DNA of 64,000 nt, taken from an uncultured bacterium (GTDB taxonomy: Bacteria > Krumholzibacteriota > Krumholzibacteriia > LZORAL124-64-63). The notes under the pieces are model-generated. The model did not search any database. It saw only the letters and a list, made by a program, of their open reading frames with translations, and was not told the DNA's origin. The first letter of the stretch is position 1. The number at the start of each line of letters is the position of its first letter. The position numbers were made by a program, and so were the translations under genes. This document shows, one piece after another, positions 55,626 to 64,000 of this stretch. Location: contig CALMJK010000004.1 of the NCBI GenBank assembly GCA_937864225.1, forward strand, positions 11,700 through 75,699. Reading direction: 5' to 3'.

Positions 55626-56534
55626 ATGCGGAAATTCACGACTCTCCTGCTCGTCTTGGCGCTCGGTCTGATGGCCCTGCCGGCCGCCGCGAGCTTCGAC
55701 AACGTGACGGTCAGCCCGCGCGCCCGCGCCATGGGAGAGGCGGGCGTGGCGGTGGCCGACGACGCCTACGCCGCTTATTTCAATCCGGCCGGCCTGGCCG
55801 CAATGGCCGACCCGCTGGTCGCCGGCAGCTACGTGCGGCCGTTCGGCATGTCGTTCACCGACTTTGCCTATCTCGGCGGTGTCCTGCCCACCGGCGGCCG
55901 CGCCGGCGTCTTCGGCCTCGGCCTGCGCCGCTTCGCCGTGGAGTACGGGGGCGTGGACCTGTCGCGCGAGACGACCTTGACGCTGGCGCACGGGCGCACG
56001 CTCTACGAGGACATGCACACGAGCATGCGCCTGGGTCTGGCCGCGAACCTCTACAACCTGAAGTATGGGCCCACGGTCGGCTCGGACGGCGCCGGCACCG
56101 ACGGCATCGACCCGGGCAGCGACACCGTGCTGGGCCTGGACGCGGGGCTGCTCGTGACGGTGCGCGAGCGCACGCGGCTGGGCGTCGCGATCAAGAACCT
56201 CAACAACCCGCAGATCGGCCTCGACCAGGAGGAAATCGGACAACGCGTGCACGGCGGTCTGGCTTACGCGCCGTACGAGGGCGTCTGGACGACGCTCGAG
56301 TTCGAGAACAGGCTGGGCCAGGACGTCGTGTACCACGGCGGCATGGAGGTCGTCATGGAGCGCGGGCTGGCGCTGCGCCTGGGCGTCGCCACGAATCCCG
56401 ACAAGCTCACCGCCGGCTTCGGCTATCGCTGGCGCGGCATGCAGATCGACTACGGTTTCTCCGGCGGCGGCGGCACCCTCGACGGCAGCCACCAGTTCGG
56501 CGTCGGCTGGGCTTGGGGTGGTGAGGCGAGGTGA
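55626..56534 (+). CDS. PorV/PorQ-like outer-membrane beta-barrel
   Basis: Signal peptide; SPRARAMGEAGVA..DDAYAAYFNPAGLA N-terminal motif; amphipathic strands; DYGF...HQFGV. Confidence 0.75.
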   Translation: MRKFTTLLLVLALGLMALPAAASFDNVTVSPRARAMGEAGVAVADDAYAAYFNPAGLAAMADPLVAGSYVRPFGMSFTDFAYLGGVLPTGGRAGVFGLGLRRFAVEYGGVDLSRETTLTLAHGRTLYEDMHTSMRLGLAANLYNLKYGPTVGSDGAGTDGIDPGSDTVLGLDAGLLVTVRERTRLGVAIKNLNNPQIGLDQEEIGQRVHGGLAYAPYEGVWTTLEFENRLGQDVVYHGGMEVVMERGLALRLGVATNPDKLTAGFGYRWRGMQIDYGFSGGGGTLDGSHQFGVGWAWGGEAR

Positions 56535-59056
56535 CCGCTCCCGGCGCATCCGCGCTCCCGCGGACCCGCGCGGCGCTGACCGCGGCGGCGTTGGCCGCGC
56601 TGTTGCTGGCGTCGGCGGTCCCGCCGCCGGCAGGAGGGCAGACGGCGGCCGAAAAGCTGGATCTCAACAGCGCGACGCTGGCAGAAATCGAGGCGCTGCC
56701 CGTCGCGTCGGATCTGGCGCGCCGCATCGTCGAACATCGCACCTACGTGCGCTTCTTCGACGACATTTTCGATCTCATGGAGGTCGATGGCTTCACCGCC
56801 GCCGATCTCGAGCGGTTGAAGCCGTTGGTCGCGACGCTGCCACCGGCCGAGACCGACGCCGACATGATGCGTCTGGAGGCCAGCTACCGCCAGGTGCGCG
56901 AGTTTCTGGGCCAGGAGGGCGCCAACGAGGGGCTGGTGGACGAGTACCTCGACCAGTTGCGCGATCCGGTGAACGTGAACCGGCTCGACCTGTTCGACTT
57001 GATGTCGTACCAGAACGTCTCGCCCGTCGACGCGACGAACATCATCAAGGCGCGCCGGCGCCTCGGCGCCTTCGCGGACGCGCGGCAATTGAGACAGAGC
57101 GAGGGACTGCGCTACTACGCCTACCGCAACCTGCGCGACTTCGTCACCTACGCCGAGGAGACCCAGGACAGGTCGGGACCGGAGCGCGTGCGCGGCAACT
57201 ATCAGCTACGCTATTACGACACGCCGTACATGGCGTCCGACGAGGAGTTCTCGGGCGGCCAGATCCTGACCGAAGCCGGCGATCCCTTCATGACCCACAA
57301 GTTGCGTTTCGACCTCAGCCACGGTTTCAAGGCCGGTCTGCTCACGCACCGCAACATGCAGGAGGCGAGCTGGCACGAGACGCTGAAGGGCTACTACGGG
57401 CTCAACGACAAGCAGTTCGGCTCGTTCCACCTGAAGCGGCTCTACTTCGGCAATTACCGGATCGCCTTCGGGCAGGGCCTGATCATGGACAACACGGACT
57501 TCATGCTCTACCGCAAGACGGGCTACGGCTGGAACGTGCGCCCCATCGGCGTCCGCGGCGACCTGAGCCGCACGCGCGAGTTCGCCCTGACCGGCGCGGC
57601 CATGGAGGGGAGCGTCGGGCGCGTGCACGGCACCTTCTTCGCCTCCACCGGGCGCAAGGACGGCATCCTCAATTCCGACGACAGCGTGGCCGACGGCGTC
57701 GACGACCGCACCGTCAACCAGTACATCTTGATGTACCCGCGCCTTTCGGAGGATTTCCTGGACGACTACATCGCTGCCACGGGCACGGGCTTGCGCCGCG
57801 AGGCCTTCCAGGAGGACATCCTGGGCGGCAACGTGAAGGTCCTGCTCGGCGACGGGACCTACCTCGGCGTGACCGGCTACGAGGCGCGGTACGACCGGGC
57901 CTTCCGGGCCGACGCGGCCGCCCTGGTCACCGAGACCGAGCGCCTGGAGGCGCGGGACAGCGAAATCTGGCAGGGCTACACCAGCGTCGTCGACAATCCT
58001 GACGGGTCGACCACGCGGCACAAGTTCCGCCGCGTCTACGGAGCTGAGTTCCAGACCGTCGTGGACAACGTGGCGCTGCAAGGGGAGTACGGCGTGCTGC
58101 AGGACCCCGGCGCGGACCTCTTCCACGGCAAGAGCCCCGACGCGTACGTGGTCAACGCCTACGCCCAGTGGGATGACCTGCATCTGCTCGGCATCTGGCG
58201 CGACTACGACGTCGGCTTCGACAACCCGTACAACCGGGCCTTCTGCAACGACACGCGCTACGAGCAGACGCTGCTCGATTCCGACTATCGTCTCGAGGAC
58301 CCGTATTATTACTGGCTTTCCGCCAACACCGCCCAACCCAAGCCGGAGCGGGGTCTTTTCCTGCAGTCCCGTTACCGCATCAGCCGCGCGCTGACCATCA
58401 CCGGCCTGGAGTACGACCAGTGGGAGCGTAAGTCCGACGGCATGGACATGCGCCGCTACACGCTGCGCGCCGAGTACCAGCCGATCTTCAACCTCCGCTT
58501 TCGCGTGCGGCACCGCTACAGCAGCCGCGGCGAACAGATCCCGAGCGATGTCCGCGAGTACCGGAACTGGGAGACCCGCTGGGAGCTGCTGGCGCTGCTT
58601 TCCAACTACAATTCGCTGCGCTTCATGTACATGACCAGCAACGTCATGTTCCCGCCGCGACCCCGCCTCAGCTACCCTCCCGACGCGGGCACGGGCGACA
58701 GCGCCGTGGGTACGGCGGCGATCCCGGCGCACGCCTTCCAGGCGCTCTACGAGCACAACCTGACCTCCGGCATCCGGCTGCGCATGAGCACGCAGATCTA
58801 CGACGGCTTCCTCTGGAACTTCGAGGGGGACGAGTTCGTCACGCTCGACGGGCGAGGTTTCCGCAACTGGTTCCAGGTGGAGAGCCGGGTGTCCGAACAG
58901 CTGCTGTGGCACCTGAAAGTCACGCGCGACCACAACCTGCCCCGCACGTACGTGGACGTCCGCTACTTCGGCGACCCGTCCGGCAGCGACCCGGACGCAA
59001 CGTACGTGCCGCGGGACCAGTTGTCGTTCCGCTGGCAGCTCGACTACACCTTCTAG
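56531..59056 (+). CDS. ComEA-type helix-hairpin-helix domains fused to a probable outer-membrane beta-barrel
   Basis: LDLNSAT..EIEALP...ARRIVEHR...DLMEVDG and PVNVN...AF; GNYRIAFGQGL; terminal FRWQLDYTF. Confidence 0.8.
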   Translation: MTAPGASALPRTRAALTAAALAALLLASAVPPPAGGQTAAEKLDLNSATLAEIEALPVASDLARRIVEHRTYVRFFDDIFDLMEVDGFTAADLERLKPLVATLPPAETDADMMRLEASYRQVREFLGQEGANEGLVDEYLDQLRDPVNVNRLDLFDLMSYQNVSPVDATNIIKARRRLGAFADARQLRQSEGLRYYAYRNLRDFVTYAEETQDRSGPERVRGNYQLRYYDTPYMASDEEFSGGQILTEAGDPFMTHKLRFDLSHGFKAGLLTHRNMQEASWHETLKGYYGLNDKQFGSFHLKRLYFGNYRIAFGQGLIMDNTDFMLYRKTGYGWNVRPIGVRGDLSRTREFALTGAAMEGSVGRVHGTFFASTGRKDGILNSDDSVADGVDDRTVNQYILMYPRLSEDFLDDYIAATGTGLRREAFQEDILGGNVKVLLGDGTYLGVTGYEARYDRAFRADAAALVTETERLEARDSEIWQGYTSVVDNPDGSTTRHKFRRVYGAEFQTVVDNVALQGEYGVLQDPGADLFHGKSPDAYVVNAYAQWDDLHLLGIWRDYDVGFDNPYNRAFCNDTRYEQTLLDSDYRLEDPYYYWLSANTAQPKPERGLFLQSRYRISRALTITGLEYDQWERKSDGMDMRRYTLRAEYQPIFNLRFRVRHRYSSRGEQIPSDVREYRNWETRWELLALLSNYNSLRFMYMTSNVMFPPRPRLSYPPDAGTGDSAVGTAAIPAHAFQALYEHNLTSGIRLRMSTQIYDGFLWNFEGDEFVTLDGRGFRNWFQVESRVSEQLLWHLKVTRDHNLPRTYVDVRYFGDPSGSDPDATYVPRDQLSFRWQLDYTF

Positions 59057-59073
59057 ACGAGGAGCCCTAAGCG

Positions 59074-60375
59074 ATGACCTGCAAAGCGATGTTGGCGACG
59101 GCCCGCGCGGCGGCTCTGGGAAGCGTGTTTCTGCTCGCGGGCGGCGGCGCCGCCTCGGAGGACCCGGCGCTGCACGTCCGCTACGGCGACCCGGCCGTTT
59201 CCCTCTCGGCCGAAATCGACGCCATGGCCGGCACGGGCGCGGCGCTCTACCGCGGCGGTTTCTCGAACGTGCTCAACCCCGCCTGCCTGGCCCTCGGCGA
59301 AGACTGGCGCGCCGACGCGGCCCTCGCCCTCGTGCAGGTTCACGAGGACCGGTTCGTGCCGCTGTTCGACACCTTCGGCAGCTACGTGACCGACACGGCG
59401 ATCGCGAGCAACCGGCATCACCATTTCGGGGCCGGCTTCGCGCTCGCCAAGCGCCTGCCCGTGGCCTGGCGCCCCGTGACGGTCGCGCTCTCGCTGACCG
59501 ACCGTTACAGCTTCGTGTACGATTTCAGCGAGACGGTTCGCGACCCCGATTCCTTCGCGACCTATCGCGACGCGGTCCTGCAGGACCGCGCCGTGGAAAT
59601 CGACGGGGCCCTGCGCGCCCTCTCCGGCGGCGCCGGCATCCAGCTGTCCGATCGTCTGGCGCTGGGACTGGCCGCGCACTATGCGTTCGGCACGCGCGCC
59701 CAGGTGACCCGCGTGCGCGACTACGACGTGCCGGCCAACAGCATCTTCGAAGACGCTTCGTTCGAAATGGGTGGACTCAACTTCACCCTCGGCGCCCACG
59801 TGCGGGCGAGCGAGCGGCTGGAATTGGGTCTGACCTACGAGACGCCCCTGGCCGCCACCGGCGACACGCGCGTCGAGACCGTGTACGGCGCCTACCCGGA
59901 CTCCGTGCGCGTCGTCGACGGCACGGCCGGCGTCGACTACCCGCGCGCCTGGCGCGCCGGACTGGTCTACCGCCCCCGGGCCACACCCCGCACGGTGTTC
60001 GCCGTGGATGCGGCTTTCACCGAGTGGAGCGATCTTGAGGACAGCCGGTTGTCGGGCGACAACCCGCTGGGTCTGGACGAGGCCTGGGACGTGCGGGCGG
60101 GGCTGGAGCACCGCTTCTACAACGACACGACGGCCCGATTCGGCTTTCGGCGTTTAGACAGCTACGACGACCGCGAGACCGGCGCGTCCTTCTTCACCGC
60201 CGGCGTGGGCTTCCCCGCCGCCGGCGGAAGCGTGGACGTTTCGGCCACGCTGAGCAAGATCACCAGCGTGCGCGACCACTGGTTCACGTATCCCGTGGAC
60301 TTCGTGGTCGATTCGCAGGCGCGGGTGGAGGACACGCGGTTCGGGCTCGGCGTCGGCTACTCGCGGGTGTTCTGA
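59074..60375 (+). CDS. outer-membrane beta-barrel, FadL/OmpP1-like
   Basis: Signal peptide; AMAGTG...NPACL N-terminal motif; alternating strands; terminal GVGYSRVF. Confidence 0.68.
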   Translation: MTCKAMLATARAAALGSVFLLAGGGAASEDPALHVRYGDPAVSLSAEIDAMAGTGAALYRGGFSNVLNPACLALGEDWRADAALALVQVHEDRFVPLFDTFGSYVTDTAIASNRHHHFGAGFALAKRLPVAWRPVTVALSLTDRYSFVYDFSETVRDPDSFATYRDAVLQDRAVEIDGALRALSGGAGIQLSDRLALGLAAHYAFGTRAQVTRVRDYDVPANSIFEDASFEMGGLNFTLGAHVRASERLELGLTYETPLAATGDTRVETVYGAYPDSVRVVDGTAGVDYPRAWRAGLVYRPRATPRTVFAVDAAFTEWSDLEDSRLSGDNPLGLDEAWDVRAGLEHRFYNDTTARFGFRRLDSYDDRETGASFFTAGVGFPAAGGSVDVSATLSKITSVRDHWFTYPVDFVVDSQARVEDTRFGLGVGYSRVF

Positions 60376-60410
60376 GGCGGTTCTCTCCCGTCGTCAGGAA
60401 CGGAACGGAC

Positions 60411-61745
60411 GTGACCAACATCCTGTCTCTTCTGCGCCCCGCGCGGCCCGCCGCCGCTTTGGCCGCGGCGGTCCTGTCGGCGCTGCTGGCCGGGGGTTGC
60501 GGCGAGTCCACGACCACGCCGCCGCCGCCGCCCTTGACATCCGAGCTGATGGGCGTCAGCGGGCGCGCCGTGACCTGGACCACGAACCTGCCCACCCGCG
60601 GCGCGGTGCGCTACGGCTTCGTCGCGGGGCGGCAGGACCATCTGGCCTATCCCGCCGTGGCCGGCGGCGGCGACAAGAGCTACGGCACGACGCACGTCGT
60701 GCCGCTGCTGGGCGTCCCGCCGCAGGGCGCGACCGTCTACGTCCGGCGCGCCGACCGCGCGCAGGACGGCCGCTTCTTCGTCGCGGACGAGGAGACCCTG
60801 GTCCTCGACCCGTTTCCGGCGACGGGGCCGCTGCTGACCTTCACGACGCTCGACGTGCAGTTCGGCGACGCCCACGTGCTGCGACTGCCCACGGAGGGAC
60901 GCGTCGTGGTCATCGATGCCGGCAGTCCCTACGAGTCGTTGAACGAGGAGACCGCTCCCCGGCATGTCATGCGCTGGCTCGACGACCGCGCCATCGATCG
61001 GCTCGACGTCGCGATCGGCACGCACGTGCACGCGGATCACATCGGCGGTTTCGTGGAAGCCGACGGCGACGGCGCCGCGGGCCTGTTCGACCGCTTCGTG
61101 ATCGGCGCCTATCTCGACGTGCCAGCCGTCACCGAGACCCGGACTCTCTATTCCCGGCTGCAGGTCATGCTCGCCGAGCGCGGGATCCCGCGCCTGGTGA
61201 TCGCGTCCGGCATGACGTCGGACAGCGACCCGGCCGAGCTCGCGTGGGACAATCTCGTCGACGTCGTCGTACTCAACGCCGGCGCGCAACCCGCCTGGGA
61301 CGGCGGCGACGAGAACAACGACTCCGTCGTGCTCAAGGTCAGCTACGGCGAGGTGGACCTGATCACGGGCGGCGACTGCCTGGTCGCCGGCGAGGAGAGG
61401 ATCCTGTCGCTGTACGGGGGCGAGTTGGCCGGCGTCGAGTACTTCAAGAGCAGCCATCACGGGCGCGACAACGCGAACTCGGCGCCCTACCTGCTGGCCA
61501 TCGCGCCGCGCGTCGCGGTCATCCCGGTGGCGTTCGCCGCGTATTACGAAGGCGCCGACCAGGGGGCGCAGGACACGGCGCAGACTCTCGAACGCCTCGG
61601 CGCGCTCGGCGCCGACGTGTTTCGGTTCGACGCCGCCGACCCCCTGGGCCATGTCCAGGACGACCGGACCTTCTGGCACACGAACTTCGTCACCGACGGC
61701 ATCAGCTACGAGATTCGGATCGAGCCGTCGATCTGGGGGATCTGA
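60411..61745 (+). CDS. lipoprotein with FN3-like N-domain and ComEC/Rec2-type metallo-beta-lactamase domain
   Basis: Lipobox LAGGC; WTT...VRYG...HVV; DVQFGDA, IDAG, THVHADHIGG, NNDSVV, GGD and SHHG motifs; no ComEC membrane channel. Confidence 0.85.
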   Translation: MTNILSLLRPARPAAALAAAVLSALLAGGCGESTTTPPPPPLTSELMGVSGRAVTWTTNLPTRGAVRYGFVAGRQDHLAYPAVAGGGDKSYGTTHVVPLLGVPPQGATVYVRRADRAQDGRFFVADEETLVLDPFPATGPLLTFTTLDVQFGDAHVLRLPTEGRVVVIDAGSPYESLNEETAPRHVMRWLDDRAIDRLDVAIGTHVHADHIGGFVEADGDGAAGLFDRFVIGAYLDVPAVTETRTLYSRLQVMLAERGIPRLVIASGMTSDSDPAELAWDNLVDVVVLNAGAQPAWDGGDENNDSVVLKVSYGEVDLITGGDCLVAGEERILSLYGGELAGVEYFKSSHHGRDNANSAPYLLAIAPRVAVIPVAFAAYYEGADQGAQDTAQTLERLGALGADVFRFDAADPLGHVQDDRTFWHTNFVTDGISYEIRIEPSIWGI

Positions 61746-61796
61746 CGCCCCGCCGCGGGGTCGTTCCCGCGGCCGCCGCCGCAAAGGAGCCGCGCG

Positions 61797-63488
61797 ATGC
61801 CCAAGCGCCCATCGTCGATCACGCTCGCCATCCTCTCGTTGGGTCTCCTGCTGGGGTCGGTCGCGGGCGCGCCCGGGCCTGCCGCGGCGGCCCATCCCGG
61901 CGGACAGGTCCTGCGCCTGCACCTGATCTGGACCAATGACCTGCACGGCCACATCGCCCCGGAGGGGGCGCGGTTCATGAACCCGAACTTTCCGCCGCCG
62001 CTGGGCGGGGCGGCCTCCGCCGCGGCCTACATCGGCCGCGTCCGCGAGCAGGCGGTTCGCGACGGCGAGCCGGTGCTGCTCGTGGACGTGGGGGACATGT
62101 TCCAGGGCACGCCGGTCGGGACGAAAACGCGGGGCGAGGCCGTGATCGATTATTTCAACCACGTGGGCTACGAACTGGCCGTGCCCGGCAACCACGACTT
62201 CGATCTGGGCCGCGAGAACACGGCGAGGCTGGCGCGCCAGTCGAAGTTTCCGTGGCTCTGCGCGAACATCGTGGAGGAAGCCACGGGCGAAGTCGTCGAT
62301 TGGTGCCGCCCGACCCTGCTGATCGACAAGGGAGGCGTGAAGATCGGCGCGATCGGCGTCATCACGCCCGGCACCGCCGCCATGTCGTTCCCCGCCAACA
62401 TCGCGGGGTTGAAGTTCCTGCCGCTGCCCGAGACCGTCGCCAAATACCGCGACGCGCTGCGCGCGCAGGGGGCGGACCTGATCGTCCTGGCCATTCACGA
62501 GGGCCTGCCGCGCGACGCCCGCGGGACGTGGCGCCGCCGGGCCGAGGAGGCCACGGAGGACGCCCTCCGGCAGCAGCAGTCTTACGGCCGCTACGGAGAC
62601 ATGGACCTCATGCAGCTCGTGGCGCAGGTGCCGGGGATCGACGTGGCCGTGGGCGGCCACACGCACCAGGGCTACGAGGAGCCGTGGATCGATCCGGTCA
62701 ACCACACGCTCTGCTTCGAGACCTACGGCAACGGCTCCAGCCTCGGGCACGCGATCCTCAAGATCGACCGGGCCGCGCGCGCGGTGGTGGGCTGGGCGGC
62801 GCCGCACGATCGGGGCGCGATCGTCACGCTGTTCGAGGACGAGATCTGGCCCGATCGGCAGACGAGCGAAGTCTTGCGACCCTGGCTGGAGCGGACCGAC
62901 GCCGAGATGGACCGCGTCGTCGGGCGCCTCGCCGTGAACCTCACTCGCGGCGGCGCGGGCACCAACCTCGTGGGCAATCTGGTCACGGACGCGATGCGCG
63001 AGCACATGGGGGCCGATTTCGCGCTGCAGAACCTGGGCGGCTTGCGCGCCGATCTGCGCGCCGGCGACGTCACGGCCAGGGATGTATTCAGCGTCATGCC
63101 GTTTGGCAACGAGCTGGTGATGGCCACGGTGCCCGGCGAGCTGCTGATCCGCGTCGTGGACCGCAAGGCGGCGGGCGGCAGCGGCGGCATCTGCATCTCG
63201 GGCGGAGCCGTCGTGGTCGATCCCGACGCGGGCGACGGCCGGCGGGTCTGCCGGTTCCTGATCGACGGTCAGCCGATCGAGCCCGCGCGGCGCTATCGGG
63301 TCGTGCTCACGAATTACCTCATGGAGGGCAACAGCGGCCTCAACATGCTGCTCGAGGTGCCGGAGTCGGATGTCGTGCCGCTGCGCATCACCGACGCCGA
63401 GGCGCTCGAGGCGTGGCTGCAGGCGCGAGGTTCCGCGCACCCGCGGCTGGATGACCGGTGGAGCGAGCAGCGGGGCTGCGCCCGGTAG
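61797..63488 (+). CDS. secreted bifunctional metallophosphatase/5'-nucleotidase (UshA-like)
   Basis: NDLHGH, DVGDMFQG, GNHDFD, GGHTH, N.GGLR and PFGN motifs. Confidence 0.93.
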   Translation: MPKRPSSITLAILSLGLLLGSVAGAPGPAAAAHPGGQVLRLHLIWTNDLHGHIAPEGARFMNPNFPPPLGGAASAAAYIGRVREQAVRDGEPVLLVDVGDMFQGTPVGTKTRGEAVIDYFNHVGYELAVPGNHDFDLGRENTARLARQSKFPWLCANIVEEATGEVVDWCRPTLLIDKGGVKIGAIGVITPGTAAMSFPANIAGLKFLPLPETVAKYRDALRAQGADLIVLAIHEGLPRDARGTWRRRAEEATEDALRQQQSYGRYGDMDLMQLVAQVPGIDVAVGGHTHQGYEEPWIDPVNHTLCFETYGNGSSLGHAILKIDRAARAVVGWAAPHDRGAIVTLFEDEIWPDRQTSEVLRPWLERTDAEMDRVVGRLAVNLTRGGAGTNLVGNLVTDAMREHMGADFALQNLGGLRADLRAGDVTARDVFSVMPFGNELVMATVPGELLIRVVDRKAAGGSGGICISGGAVVVDPDAGDGRRVCRFLIDGQPIEPARRYRVVLTNYLMEGNSGLNMLLEVPESDVVPLRITDAEALEAWLQARGSAHPRLDDRWSEQRGCAR

Positions 63489-63691
63489 GCAGGCTCGCCG
63501 GCCCTCGCGAAGGCCCGCCGCGCACCCCGACCCGGCCGCAAGGCAGGCGCAACTCGTTATCCCGCATTATGCTCAAGCCGGCCTCCCGCCGGCCGATCAC
63601 ACCTCTGGCAGCGGTCGATCCCGGCGGGGGCGGCGGCAAATGCCGTCGCCCCGGCAGCCGGGTCCACCCCGGGCGCGGAGGTCGGTCGGCC

Positions 63692-64000
63692 TTGATCCAG
63701 CTCAGGTCCGAGAAAACCAACGAACAGCTCCAGCGCTTCATGGCCCGGATGAACAAGATGATCGTCGGGCAGCCCCGGGCCATCGAGCGAATAACAGATA
63801 GTTTCAGTCGTCTTATCGCCGGAGTGCAGGATCCCGAGCGCCCCCTGCTGACGATGCTCTTCCTGGGCCCGACGGGCGTGGGCAAGACCGAGACGGTGCG
63901 CTGCCTGGCCGAGGCCATCTTCGGCAATCGGCGCGCCTTCACGCGCATCAGCTGCCAGGAATATTCCGCGCACTACAACATCTCGAAACTGCTGGGCTCG
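63692..64000 (+). CDS. AAA+ ATPase resembling a stand-alone ClpA/B second nucleotide-binding domain (3' truncated)
   Basis: Translated by hand as MIQLRSEK...IVGQPRAI...RPLLTMLFLGPTGVGKTE...ISKLLGS; TTG 63692 after GGAGG. Confidence 0.85.
   Translation, partial: MIQLRSEKTNEQLQRFMARMNKMIVGQPRAIERITDSFSRLIAGVQDPERPLLTMLFLGPTGVGKTETVRCLAEAIFGNRRAFTRISCQEYSAHYNISKLLGS

Noticed and set aside
56531..61745. Classical natural-competence comEA-comEC locus
   Set aside because: There is no ComEC membrane channel domain, pilin, secretin or dprA here. A competence role using genes elsewhere cannot be excluded.
60357..63440. 1027-aa minus-strand ORF
   Set aside because: Antisense to two well-supported genes (MBL lipoprotein and 5'-nucleotidase) and has typical shadow composition.

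Overview
This is a GC-rich bacterial chromosomal window. I saw no rRNA, tRNA, CRISPR array or mobile element. Bases 1-20.9 kb hold the 3' end of rpoC and the full str-S10-spc-alpha ribosomal superoperon (rpsL to rplQ, including secY, adk, map, infA and a small rpmJ missing from the ORF track). The rest is housekeeping and envelope genes: fabH, a GldA/GldF-G/DUF4340 ABC module, an M23 peptidase, an FG-GAP protein, an HD-GYP protein, an adenosine deaminase, metG, cstA, an AmmeMemoRadiSam B-A fusion, three STAS proteins, Mrp, an O-antigen ligase and a sulfatase. FlgD/T9SS-like C-terminal tails, a PorV/PorQ-like barrel, Gld-type ABC genes and high GC suggest a non-Bacteroidota FCB lineage such as Krumholzibacteriota, Latescibacterota or Eisenbacteria (inference only). 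Four features stand out. (1) A six-gene operon at 53.2-63.5 kb looks like an extracellular DNA/nucleotide scavenging system: a lamin-tail cargo protein, a PorV-like barrel, a ComEA-type HhH protein fused to an OM barrel, a FadL-like barrel, a ComEC-type metallo-beta-lactamase lipoprotein and a 5'-nucleotidase. (2) Two tandem tiny genes at 37.7-38.1 kb each have an in-frame TGA followed by a SECIS-like hairpin (candidate selenoproteins) and sit behind a sigma54-type promoter. (3) A compact Spt-bCerS-CerR ceramide cluster carries an AUR1/IPC-synthase-like fourth gene. (4) The str-operon EF-G has a divergent domain IV. All calls come from motif recognition by eye; no database searches were run.
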